From positions 1 to 37,459 of the forward strand of contig DATMEC010000256.1 of NCBI GenBank assembly GCA_035557125.1: DNA of 37,459 nucleotides, read 5' to 3'. Made by a program: the position numbers and the translations under genes. The stretch comes from Steroidobacteraceae bacterium (GTDB lineage Bacteria > Pseudomonadota > Gammaproteobacteria > Steroidobacterales > Steroidobacteraceae). Positions within the stretch are counted from its first letter, which is position 1, and the number at the start of each line of letters is the position of its first letter. This document shows positions 1 through 8,638 of the stretch, piece by piece. A model generated the notes under the pieces. That model was not told the origin of the DNA and did no database searches. It saw only the letters and a list, made by a program, of their open reading frames with translations.

Positions 1-60
1 CTCGGGGCGATGGGCAAGCGCTGAGCGCCCAACGGGTACGCCAGGAGAGTGAGCAAAGCC

Positions 61-2367
61 ATGCGAAATCTGTGCACTACGCTAGCCTTCAGTGCCTTTC
101 TGGCTTGCTTCGGCGCGGAGGCGCAACCCGAAACTCCGACCTCCGCGATCGAAGCTCGCACCGGCATCTACGACCCCGCCCTCGACGCCCGGGTTGAAGC
201 CCTGCTGCGCAAGATGACGCTCGAGGAAAAGGTCGGACAGCTGGTCCAGTACTCGGCCGGTCAACCGACGGGTCCCGGAACCGGCCGCACGGACTACGAG
301 GACATGATCGCCAAGGGGCAGATCGGCGCCCTGTTCAACATCTCGACGGCGAAAGAGACGAACGCGTACCAGCGCATCGCCGTCGAGAAGTCACGCCTCA
401 AGATCCCGATCGTCTTCGGCCTCGACGTCATCCACGGGTTCCGGACGATTTTCCCGGTGCCCCTGGCGATGGCTTCGACCTGGGATCCGAAACTCGTGGA
501 GCAGTCGGCGAGGATCGCGGCGCGCGAGGCCTCCGCCACCGGGATTCGCTGGACGTTTTCGCCGATGGTCGACATCGCCCGTGATGCCCGCTGGGGCCGC
601 ATGACGGAAGGCGCCGGCGAGGATCCGTTCCTCGGGTCGGAAATGGCGGCCGCCTACGTGCGCGGCTACCAGGGAACGCGGCTGGACGCGCCGGCCAGCA
701 TTGCCGCCACCGCCAAGCATTACGTCGGCTACGGGGCGGCGGAGGGCGGTCGCGACTACAACACGACGGAGATCTCCGAGCATACGCTGCGTCAGATTTA
801 TCTCCCGCCGTTTCGAGCCGCCGTGGACGCGGGGGCTGCCACTATCATGTCGGCCTTCAATGCGATCAACGGCGTGCCGGCGTCCGCCAATCCGTTCACC
901 CTGCGGCAGGTCCTGCGCGAGGAGTGGGGATTTCGCGGCATCGTCGACAGCGACTGGGAGTCGGTTCGCGAGCTGATCCAGCACGGCATCGCGAACGATC
1001 GCGAGACCGCCGCCCGCAAGGCATTTCTCGCCGGCGTCGACGTCGATATGGCCAGCAGCGTCTACCACGACTACCTCGCCGCGCTGGTGAAGTCCGGACA
1101 GGTCCCCGAGGCACGCATCGACGAGTCGGTACGGAATGTCCTGCGCGTGAAGTTTGCGCTCGGCCTGTTCGAGCGGCCGTATGCCGACGAGTCGCGCGAG
1201 GCCGCCGCCATGCTGCGGCCGGACGGCATCGCGCTGGCGCGAACGGTGGCCGAACGCTCCTTCGTGCTGCTGAAGAATGCGCCCGGACCGGGTGGCGCGC
1301 CAATCTTGCCGCTGTCGGACCGCTTTCGCCGCATCGCGCTGATCGGGCCGCTCGCCGACGATCTGAACAGCGCGCTGGGATCCTGGGCGGGCCTCGGTCG
1401 CGGCGAGGATGTGACGTCCCTCGAGGCCGCGCTCGCCCAACGCGTGGGCGCGCAAAGCCTTGTCCGGCACAAGGGCGTCGGAATCACCGACGGCTCCGAC
1501 GCAGACCTTGCCGCGGCCGTGGCTGTTGCCGCGACGGCGGACGTCGTCATCCTGACGCTGGGGGAAAGCGGCCAGGCGATGACGGGCGAGGCGGCGTCTC
1601 GGGCGCACCTCGGCTTGCCGGGGCGTCAACAGGAGCTGCTCGAGAAGATCGTCGCGACGGGCAAGCCGGTGGCGCTCGTGCTGTTCAGCGGCCGTCCCCT
1701 GACGCTGCCCTGGGCGTTCGAGCACGTGCCTGCGGTGCTGGCCGCATGGCTCCCCGGCATCCAGGCGGGACCCGCGCTCGTGCGCACGCTGTTCGGAGAT
1801 TCCAGTCCCACCGGGAAGCTCGTGGTGAGCTGGCCGTACAGCGTCGGGCAGCTGCCGATCTATTACAACGCGCTCAATACGGGGCGTCCGGCGAACAAGA
1901 AGGACCTGACCGAACCGCCCGGTGACAGCGACGACATGTACGTGTCGCGCTATCTCGACGAGCGCAACGAGCCGCAGTTTCCCTTCGGCCACGGCCTCAC
2001 CTACACGACGTTCCGCTACGGACCGCCCGAGTTGAGCGCGAGCTCCCTCAAGGCTTCTGCGCCTTTGGCATTGACCGCGAGCGCCGAGGTGACGAACACG
2101 GGCTCGCGCGCGGGCGAGGAGGTCGTCCAGCTCTACGTCCGGCTCATGGGCACGAGCGTTTCCCAGCCGGTTCGCGCCCTGAAGGGCTTTCAGCGCGTCG
2201 CGCTCGCGCCGGGCGAGACGAAGAAAGTGTCCTTCACGTTGCAGCCCGACGCGTTCGCGCTGTGGAACGATCGCAACCAGTGGGTCGTCGAGCCGGCGAA
2301 AGCGGCCGTGTGGATCAGTCCCGATTCGGCGCAAGGCACGCCGGCCGCGCTCCAGATCCTGCCGTGA
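61..2367 (+). CDS. bglX: Periplasmic GH3 beta-glucosidase (BglX-like), paralog A
   Basis: ORF 49..2367. Signal peptide MRNLCTTLAFSAFLACFGAEA. GH3 motifs MTLEEKVGQL, KHYVGYG and GIVDSDW (nucleophile Asp context), with a C-terminal Fn3-like domain. Overall architecture resembles E. coli BglX. Start set to ATG 61 by alignment with the paralog start at 30402; GTG 49 is the alternative. Confidence 0.9.
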   Translation: MRNLCTTLAFSAFLACFGAEAQPETPTSAIEARTGIYDPALDARVEALLRKMTLEEKVGQLVQYSAGQPTGPGTGRTDYEDMIAKGQIGALFNISTAKETNAYQRIAVEKSRLKIPIVFGLDVIHGFRTIFPVPLAMASTWDPKLVEQSARIAAREASATGIRWTFSPMVDIARDARWGRMTEGAGEDPFLGSEMAAAYVRGYQGTRLDAPASIAATAKHYVGYGAAEGGRDYNTTEISEHTLRQIYLPPFRAAVDAGAATIMSAFNAINGVPASANPFTLRQVLREEWGFRGIVDSDWESVRELIQHGIANDRETAARKAFLAGVDVDMASSVYHDYLAALVKSGQVPEARIDESVRNVLRVKFALGLFERPYADESREAAAMLRPDGIALARTVAERSFVLLKNAPGPGGAPILPLSDRFRRIALIGPLADDLNSALGSWAGLGRGEDVTSLEAALAQRVGAQSLVRHKGVGITDGSDADLAAAVAVAATADVVILTLGESGQAMTGEAASRAHLGLPGRQQELLEKIVATGKPVALVLFSGRPLTLPWAFEHVPAVLAAWLPGIQAGPALVRTLFGDSSPTGKLVVSWPYSVGQLPIYYNALNTGRPANKKDLTEPPGDSDDMYVSRYLDERNEPQFPFGHGLTYTTFRYGPPELSASSLKASAPLALTASAEVTNTGSRAGEEVVQLYVRLMGTSVSQPVRALKGFQRVALAPGETKKVSFTLQPDAFALWNDRNQWVVEPAKAAVWISPDSAQGTPAALQILP

Positions 2368-3230
2368 ACCGTGCGCGCATTGCGGCTCTGCTGCTCGGCA
2401 TCGCCGGGCTGCAGGCCGCCCAATGCGCCGAGACGATTCTTTTCGTCGGCAACAGCTTCACGGCCGGGGCGGTGCCGCAAGTCGAGCGTTTTCGGCCGGA
2501 GACCGTGACTGATCTCAATCGCGAGGGCATCGGTGGGATACCGGCCTTGTTCGCGGCCTTCGCCCGGCAGGCGGGACTCGAGTACGACGTCCACCTGGAG
2601 ACGGCCGGAAGCACGAACCTGGATTTTCACTATCGCGAGAAATCGGCGCTGATCGGGCGTGCCTGGGACCACGTCGTCGTGCAGGGTTACAGCACGCTCG
2701 ACGCGGATGCGCCGGGCAGTGCCGGGACGATTGTCGAGTACGCCACGAAGCTCGCGCAGATGTTCCATGCTGCGAACCCGCGGGTCGACGTGCGGCTGTT
2801 CGCGACCTGGTCTCGCGCCGACCAGACCTGGCTCGAATCCGGTCACTGGTTCGGCAAGCCGATCGACGCCATGGCCATCGACGTGCGCGCCGCGTATGAC
2901 AAGGCGGCCGGGCGCTCGCCGCAGGTGCGCGCCGTCATTCCGGTCGGCGAGGCCTGGAGCCGCGCGATCGCCCAGGGCATCGCAGCGGCAAATCCCTACA
3001 AGGCGGTCGGCCCCGATCAAATCAATCTCTGGGCGGAAGACGGCTACCACGCAAGCGCGTACGGCTCCTATCTTGCAGCGCTCGTGATCTTCGGCAGCGT
3101 CACCGGCCGCGATCCGCGGGATCTCGGGGGCGACGAAGAGGCCGCTGCGGAGCTCCGCATCGAGCCTGGACAGGCACGCATGCTTCAACGCATCGCGTTC
3201 GAGACAATGACGACTGATCGACAGCGCTAA
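2364..3230 (+). CDS. Secreted SGNH/GDSL-type hydrolase (probable carbohydrate esterase)
   Basis: C-terminal part of ORF 2262..3230. GTG 2364 overlaps the GH3 stop codon (GTGA). Signal peptide VNRARIAALLLGIAGLQAAQCAE. Block I ILFVGNSFT (Ser nucleophile context) and block V DGYHAS (DxxH). Confidence 0.7.
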   Translation: MNRARIAALLLGIAGLQAAQCAETILFVGNSFTAGAVPQVERFRPETVTDLNREGIGGIPALFAAFARQAGLEYDVHLETAGSTNLDFHYREKSALIGRAWDHVVVQGYSTLDADAPGSAGTIVEYATKLAQMFHAANPRVDVRLFATWSRADQTWLESGHWFGKPIDAMAIDVRAAYDKAAGRSPQVRAVIPVGEAWSRAIAQGIAAANPYKAVGPDQINLWAEDGYHASAYGSYLAALVIFGSVTGRDPRDLGGDEEAAAELRIEPGQARMLQRIAFETMTTDRQR

Positions 3231-3252
3231 AGGGCGCGGGCCGTCGAATCAG
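3214..3252. terminator. Imperfect hairpin at the convergent SGNH / GH-A gene junction
   Basis: CTGATCGAC (3214..3222) pairs with GTCGaATCAG (3243..3252): 9 bp with a 1-nt bulge. An inner GCGC/GCGC stem lies at 3224..3227 and 3234..3237. Only 18 nt separate the two stop codons. There is no U-tract, so the call is weak. Confidence 0.25.
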
Positions 3253-4172
3253 GGTGAATCAGGCGCCAGCAGTTTCCTGAATTCGCGGTAGGCCAGTTTC
3301 TTCCCGAATCCGCCTTCAGGCCCGTACGTCAGGCCCCAGCCACTGTCCTTGTCGGGCGGCGCAGGATAGTGCTCGTCGTTGAGCTGGTAGTTGAAGATCA
3401 CTTGGATGGCGGGATCGGCCCCCAGGATGCCGCGCTCCGGGTCGTAGTATTCCTCGACGTACCTGCGCTGTGCTTCCTCGCCGCCTTCCTGGTCGGCCGT
3501 GGTCCAGCCGGTTTCCGTGATCCAGATCGGCTTGCGGCCGGCGACGAGGCGCTTCACGGCCTCGAGTTGCTGGCTCCGGTGGAAGACGTAGTAGTGCACG
3601 GACACGGCGTCGACGTATTCGAGCAGCCCGGATTCGATGAGCTTCCTCAAGTACGCGACGCCTTCTTCGGTTGCGCCGACGGCCGGGGCGACGATTCGCG
3701 CGTCTGGTTGGGCGGACCTGATGATGGAGTGCGCGTCGCGGAGCATTTTCATGTAGTCACCCGGCGCAATCGGGCCGCCCCACCAGCTCATCTCCGGCTC
3801 GTTCGCGATTTCCCATGCGGCGACGCCGGGCACGCCATGGACCTCCTTCCGGACGAGGGCCGGCCATCCGGCGGTATCAGCGGAATACCAGGGCAGGAGC
3901 GCGAGCACCCGGATCCCCTTGCGCGCCATGTCGGCGACGAAGGGGAAGTCCTTCGCCGGGTCCTCGTAGTCGCCGCGGATCCAGAAGGGCCCCGCGGCGC
4001 GCAGGTCGTCGAGGACCTTCGCGGCCTCCGGCGTGTATTCGTCGCCGTAGGCGCCGTGGTGGAAACAGACGCCGAGCTCGACGCGCTCGCGCGCGGCCGC
4101 CGTCGACAGGTGGCACAGGGCCAGCGCGATGAGAGCTACGTGGCGCCGTCGAATTCGCGGGCCCGGAATCAT
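3249..4172 (-). CDS. Secreted clan GH-A (beta/alpha)8 glycoside hydrolase, family unassigned
   Basis: C-terminal 307 codons of ORF 3249..5450, starting at ATG 4172 (MIPGPRIRRRHVALIALALCHLSTAAA signal peptide). WEIANEPE (acid/base NEP motif) and IWITETGW (nucleophile Glu) are typical of GH5/GH39-like clan A enzymes. ATGA overlap with the upstream gene. Confidence 0.7.
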   Translation of the reverse strand: MIPGPRIRRRHVALIALALCHLSTAAARERVELGVCFHHGAYGDEYTPEAAKVLDDLRAAGPFWIRGDYEDPAKDFPFVADMARKGIRVLALLPWYSADTAGWPALVRKEVHGVPGVAAWEIANEPEMSWWGGPIAPGDYMKMLRDAHSIIRSAQPDARIVAPAVGATEEGVAYLRKLIESGLLEYVDAVSVHYYVFHRSQQLEAVKRLVAGRKPIWITETGWTTADQEGGEEAQRRYVEEYYDPERGILGADPAIQVIFNYQLNDEHYPAPPDKDSGWGLTYGPEGGFGKKLAYREFRKLLAPDSP

Positions 4173-5380
4173 ACGATTCGCTGCGCGGCCGGCAGATGCC
4201 GCGGAGACAGGCGGGCCAACAGCGCCGGGGCGCCCGGAGGGCGCAGCTCCGGGTGGTCCGCGAGAAAGCCGCGCTGCGCGCTCGCCGCCGTGTGCGACGC
4301 ATCGCCGGGCGCCCAGCCCGGCGGCTTCACGAGATAGGCGAGCTTGATGCGCCAGCCGCGCGCACTGCGCAGGTCGCGCGCGAGCAGCAGGAACTCGCCG
4401 AAGTAAAAGTCCACGAAGCTGGTGACGTTGATGTCGCGCGTGATGCCGTATTCGATCTTCACCTCGTCGCGCAGGGGCTGGAGCGTGCCGAACATCCAGT
4501 CCCAGAACGGCAGCAGCGAGCAGAAGTTCCTGTCCATGTAGAGCGGGTTCTTCGCGTGATGCACGCGATGGTAGGAGGGCGTGATGATGAAGAAGCGCGC
4601 CGGGCCGAAGCGGCCCGTGCGGAACGAGCGCTCGCCCGCGTGGATGAAGGTCCCCCAGGTGACCTCGAAGGCCATGAGCACGACCAGCATGGCGGGCTCG
4701 ACGCCTAGCAGCATCAGGATCGGTACCTGCACTAGTGCGCTGTAGTAGCCCTCCGCGAAGAAGTGCACCCAGGCCACCGTCATGTTCAGGTTCTGGGGCG
4801 CGTGGTGCGGTGAGTGCAGGCACCACAGCAGGCGCACCTTGTGCGCGCTGTAATGCCAGGTCCACATGGACAAATCCCATATCAGCAGGGCATAGAGCCA
4901 GCCGTACCAGGTGTAACCGACATGAAACAGCGCAGACTGCTGGAAGTACGGCAACAGCAGCCAGAATACGTCGATCACGATCAGCCGCGGCAACAGGCCG
5001 AGCAGCAGACCTGCGAAAAAGGTGGGCTGATATTCGAGCGCCGTCGCCCGGAACAGTCGCGCCGCCATGCCCGGGCTGTGCCCCTGGGCGCGCTCCTTGC
5101 CGGCCTGCACGATGAAGAAGCGCGCGAGCTCCCACAAAGTCAGCAGCGAAATCAGCAGCCCGACCACCGCCAGCACGCTGTCGTGGTAATCGCCGTCGTT
5201 GAAGGGCTTGAGCAAGTCGGAGACAAATCCCTCGCCGCCGGCGGTTTTTTGCGCATAGTGCACGAGGCCGACCGCGAGGCCCCAGGTCGTGTAGACGAAC
5301 ACGGCAGCGAACAGCAACGCTTCGAGGTGCCGCCAGATCGGCGGGGTATTGCGCCAGGCCGGAATCCCAAGTGGTGTCAT
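4169..5380 (-). CDS. Integral-membrane fatty-acid hydroxylase / sterol desaturase superfamily di-iron oxygenase
   Basis: Part of ORF 4169..5512, starting at ATG 5380 (MTPLGIPAWRN...). Several hydrophobic helices. Three His boxes: HYSAH, HSPHH and HRVHH. ATGA overlaps at both ends (5377..5380 and 4169..4172). Confidence 0.8.
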   Translation of the reverse strand: MTPLGIPAWRNTPPIWRHLEALLFAAVFVYTTWGLAVGLVHYAQKTAGGEGFVSDLLKPFNDGDYHDSVLAVVGLLISLLTLWELARFFIVQAGKERAQGHSPGMAARLFRATALEYQPTFFAGLLLGLLPRLIVIDVFWLLLPYFQQSALFHVGYTWYGWLYALLIWDLSMWTWHYSAHKVRLLWCLHSPHHAPQNLNMTVAWVHFFAEGYYSALVQVPILMLLGVEPAMLVVLMAFEVTWGTFIHAGERSFRTGRFGPARFFIITPSYHRVHHAKNPLYMDRNFCSLLPFWDWMFGTLQPLRDEVKIEYGITRDINVTSFVDFYFGEFLLLARDLRSARGWRIKLAYLVKPPGWAPGDASHTAASAQRGFLADHPELRPPGAPALLARLSPRHLPAAQRIV

Positions 5381-8300
5381 GGGATGCGCTCGAATTCGAC
5401 GGCGTCGATGTAGACCGCGCCCGGCTCGTCGGAGGCCTGGCCGAAAACAAGGGTCAACCGGGCCTCGATCGCGCCGACCGGCACTACAGCTTCCAGTTCG
5501 TAGTCGTGCCATGAATTGGTAGGTGTCGCCGCGTCGGCAATCGCCCGCTCTTGCACGCCGAGCATTGCCGGGCCGCCGAAATAGTCGGCCCAGTGGTTGT
5601 AGAACTCAATTTTCATTGATGCTCGGTCATTCGGATCGGTCAGTTTCTCCTGTGAACGCACGAGCGCCGCGAGCCTTGCACGGACCCGCTCGCCGCTGGC
5701 GACGCTGATGCTTTGGCTCGTGCCGGAATAGTTGCCACCGCCGATCCCCTGACCGGAGATCTTCAACGCGTGAGTGCCATCGCGCACCGCCTCGCGATGC
5801 ACGAGCACATTCGGTTTGCCGTCGACGATATTGCCGAAGATGTGCCAGCCGGCCGGCGAGCCACCGTTCTCGTCGAATCCACCGTTTCGAAAAGTCCGGC
5901 TGCCAGGTTCGTCGGCGAGCTCGTAGACGCGGACCCAATCGACGAGCAAGCGCTGCGGCCACACCGTCGTCGCGTCCGGTGGCGGCAGGAAGTCGCCGCC
6001 GACCGCCGTATCGATGGCGAGCCGCATCGGCGCGGTGAAACTCGGCAGAAGGTATCCCACCTCGTCGTTGTAGTACGTCGCGTGATGCATGTCGTCGACG
6101 TAGAACCGGAGCTGGTTGTCGACCCATTCGCAGGCGAAGGTGTGAAATCCTTCGTCATACGAAACGAGCTGGCCGTCGATCCCCGTCTGCTGCGCGGTTC
6201 CAAACGACTCGTGTGAATCCGGGTTTTGCGTGCCCCAGCGAACGCTGCTCGAAGTGATCGTCGGCTGGTCGCCGCGATTCTCCATGATGCCGATCTCAAC
6301 CCCGGCCGGCCACGGCCCATCGGGCAGCAATCGGATGGCGGGCCACACGCCGCTGCCGCCAGGCAGCCTGGCCCGGACTTCCCACCGCCCGAGCCGTTGT
6401 GCCATTCGACTGGCGACCTTGCCGGAGCGATACGGCAGGCCGCGCGACGGCCTGTTCTCGGACAAAAGTTCCAGCTTGCCGTCCTTGACGCGGACTTGTC
6501 CCGGCAGAGAGTCCTGCAGCGAATCGTTCGTCGGCCGACTGTCGTCGATCAGCTCCCATTTGTCCGGGTCGAGCGAGTCGAAGTCCTCACTCCACACCAA
6601 CCGCCACTTGGGCGGCGGTTCGGGAATCAGCGTCAATCTGACGAGCGCGCCTCCCGCTGCGGCGAGGGGGAGGGTGAGCTCGTCGACTGGCGTCACTTCG
6701 CGCGATTCGAGCTTGAAGCCCTGTTGCGTGGCGAGATCGTCCCGGTAGGTCTCCGCCTGAAACATTCCCGCCGGCAGGAATGAGAGCGGTACCCGTACAT
6801 CTCTAGCGTGCCGATCCGTCATCGCACCGACCCACCAATCGTTGCCGCTGCGGCGAGCGATCACCACTTCCTCGCCCACCCGGGCAGCCAGCGCTACCGT
6901 GTCGTCCCAAGTGGAAGGTATAGCGGCCATGAGCCGTGTGAGCGGATGCCGGCGATAGGCCGAGGGATAGTCGGCCATCATCGGCAAGTGATTCTGCAGC
7001 ACGACGTACGAGGCGAGCATCCGGGCGGGCGTGCCGATCACCAGCGGTTCGGCGACCCTTGGCTTGAACCGGTCGAGCGGCACGCCGCGGAGCGAGCCCT
7101 GGTGGTAGTCGAGCGGGCCGGCGAGCATTCGCGTGAGCGGCACGGTGACGTCGTGCTCCGGCGTCACGCCGACTTCGTCCCACTTGCCATGCTCCAGGTT
7201 CAGCACAGCCTCGCTGTTTAGCAGGTTCGGAAAGGTCCGCTCGAGGCCGGTCGGCGCCGCGACGCCGTGGAACGTCACGGTCAGGTAATTGTCGGCCGCG
7301 AGCTGCAGCAGCTCGCGCTGGAATCCGACCATCTCCTGGTCGTCGCGGTCCATAAAGTCGATCATCACGCCCTCGATGCCCCAGGCGCGATAAAGCGGAA
7401 ATGCACGGGCCATGTGTCGTTTCGCCGCCTCCCAGTGCATCCACAGCCGAAGCCGCACGCCCTTCTGCCGCGCATAGGCGATGACTTCCTGTAGATCGAG
7501 TCCGTCGATTCCTTGGGTGATGTCGGCGCCTTCGTACGGCACGATAGGCCCGCCATACCAGGCCAGGCCGTTGACGCCGTCGAGCGTGTGATAGGGGATG
7601 CCGTACTCTGCGCAGAAGTCGATGTAGTACCTGGCCGTTTCGGTGTTGAGACCCATCTTGAACGGCACGCCCGTTTCAAAGAAATCGTTCCACCACGGGA
7701 ACGTCGTCTTGCCCGGCCTGATCCACGAAGTGTCGGCAATCGCGCTCGGCGCGTTGAGCTTGAGTACGGTGTCCGATTCGACCAATTGCCGCGCCTCCTG
7801 ACCAACCAGGATCAGCCGCCAGGGCGACTCGTGCGGCAGGGTGGCGCGGACGGCAATCTTCGGCTTGTCCGGACGGGGCGAGAGCCGGCTGACCAATGTG
7901 TTGCCGGAGCCCGTGCCTCGCGCGAGATACATGCCGGCGTAGTCGGTGAGGTTCGCCTCGAGGACGACGGCCCAACCGACGCCCGACAGTTCCACCAGGA
8001 GCGGCAACCCCAGCAGCCAGTCGGCTGGAATCTCGTCGACGCCTCGCCGCTCGTAGCGGCCTTCGTGCGACGTGGTGAAGCCCGCGAGCGGCAGCGCCGT
8101 TGTGACCGCGCCTCTCGGAAAGGCAAATTCCGTCAGCTCGTCGGCCAGTTCCAGATCCGACCAACCCGGCTGTTTGGGAAACCGGTACCGCAGCGCGACG
8201 CCGTCGTCATACGCGCGAACCACGAGCTGCCATTCAAACAGCTTCGCTCCGCGCTCGCGCAGCGTAATCGTGGCCTGGGATGCGCGATCTACCACGTGCC

Positions 8301-8628
8301 TGCGCTTGCCGGGATATTGCTCGAACGAGTCGTCAATCTCGATCGAGTCAGTGCCAACGACCACGCTATTGCGACCGAGCTCCATTCCCTCATTCAGGCG
8401 AACGCCCAGGTTCGATGCGTCGACGACCATTCGATCCGACAGGGAAACCCGGTACTGGACCTGGGTCGCCGCTCCGGACGCCGCACTCGTGAAGAGTTCG
8501 AACTCTAGGCGCCCACTTGGAGAGCGGACGACCACCGGATTGCTCTGTGCCGCTTCGCCCGCGCCGACTGCTCCGCACAGCAATACGCAAAGTCGGGCTA
8601 GGCGGGCAAGGAATGTCGTCATTGACAC
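5377..8628 (-). CDS. Secreted three-module enzyme: GH97 alpha-glucosidase-like + GH16 beta-glucanase-like + C-terminal CBM-like domain
   Basis: ORF 5377..8628 (GTG 8628; alternative ATG 8622). Signal peptide MTTFLARLARLCVLLCGAVGAGEAAQ. GH97 signature GIEGVMIDFMDRDDQEMV. GH16 block GVWPAIRLLPDGPWPAGVEIGIMENRG starts after about residue 670. The last ~175 aa (FRNGGFDENGGSPAGWHIFGN...) resemble a CBM4/9/22-type sugar-binding jelly roll. Confidence 0.8.
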   Translation of the reverse strand: MSMTTFLARLARLCVLLCGAVGAGEAAQSNPVVVRSPSGRLEFELFTSAASGAATQVQYRVSLSDRMVVDASNLGVRLNEGMELGRNSVVVGTDSIEIDDSFEQYPGKRRHVVDRASQATITLRERGAKLFEWQLVVRAYDDGVALRYRFPKQPGWSDLELADELTEFAFPRGAVTTALPLAGFTTSHEGRYERRGVDEIPADWLLGLPLLVELSGVGWAVVLEANLTDYAGMYLARGTGSGNTLVSRLSPRPDKPKIAVRATLPHESPWRLILVGQEARQLVESDTVLKLNAPSAIADTSWIRPGKTTFPWWNDFFETGVPFKMGLNTETARYYIDFCAEYGIPYHTLDGVNGLAWYGGPIVPYEGADITQGIDGLDLQEVIAYARQKGVRLRLWMHWEAAKRHMARAFPLYRAWGIEGVMIDFMDRDDQEMVGFQRELLQLAADNYLTVTFHGVAAPTGLERTFPNLLNSEAVLNLEHGKWDEVGVTPEHDVTVPLTRMLAGPLDYHQGSLRGVPLDRFKPRVAEPLVIGTPARMLASYVVLQNHLPMMADYPSAYRRHPLTRLMAAIPSTWDDTVALAARVGEEVVIARRSGNDWWVGAMTDRHARDVRVPLSFLPAGMFQAETYRDDLATQQGFKLESREVTPVDELTLPLAAAGGALVRLTLIPEPPPKWRLVWSEDFDSLDPDKWELIDDSRPTNDSLQDSLPGQVRVKDGKLELLSENRPSRGLPYRSGKVASRMAQRLGRWEVRARLPGGSGVWPAIRLLPDGPWPAGVEIGIMENRGDQPTITSSSVRWGTQNPDSHESFGTAQQTGIDGQLVSYDEGFHTFACEWVDNQLRFYVDDMHHATYYNDEVGYLLPSFTAPMRLAIDTAVGGDFLPPPDATTVWPQRLLVDWVRVYELADEPGSRTFRNGGFDENGGSPAGWHIFGNIVDGKPNVLVHREAVRDGTHALKISGQGIGGGNYSGTSQSISVASGERVRARLAALVRSQEKLTDPNDRASMKIEFYNHWADYFGGPAMLGVQERAIADAATPTNSWHDYELEAVVPVGAIEARLTLVFGQASDEPGAVYIDAVEFERIP
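6280..6297 (-). other. GH16 catalytic motif variant E-I-G-I-M-E (canonical E-I-D-I-M-E)
   Basis: The reverse complement of 6280..6297 reads GAG ATC GGC ATC ATG GAG. The middle Asp of the ExDxxE motif is replaced by Gly (GGC). Confidence 0.85.
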
Positions 8629-8638
8629 GGTTGCGCCG

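Noticed and set aside
1-24. Possible 3' end of an upstream plus-strand gene (...ATG GGC AAG CGC TGA, with the stop codon at 22..24).
   Set aside because: Only seven codons are visible, so no family or frame evidence is possible.
391-2334. Very long antisense or off-frame ORFs opposite the real genes. Examples: 391..2334 (-), 8072..9931 (+), 15392..16909 (-), 19163..20650 (+), 21279..22715 (+), 24296..25675 (-), 27870..29612 (-), 30594..31973 (-), 35085..36815 (-).
   Set aside because: Their translations are low-complexity and rich in Arg, Ala, Gly and Pro, with no recognisable motifs. Each lies opposite or out of frame with an ORF that has clear family signatures. This is the usual stop-codon-poor artefact of high-GC DNA.
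3249-5450. N-terminal extensions that make several ORFs look much longer. Examples: 3249..5450, 4169..5512, 8639..11389, 11709..13649, 12545..13945, 18335..21559, 24068..25705, 25357..26577, 26073..27398, 26555..28168, 27960..29270.
   Set aside because: The extensions run through the upstream gene in another frame and translate to Arg/Pro-rich sequence with no motifs. Internal ATG or GTG codons at 4-nt overlaps or short gaps give proteins that begin with sensible signal peptides or conserved N-termini.
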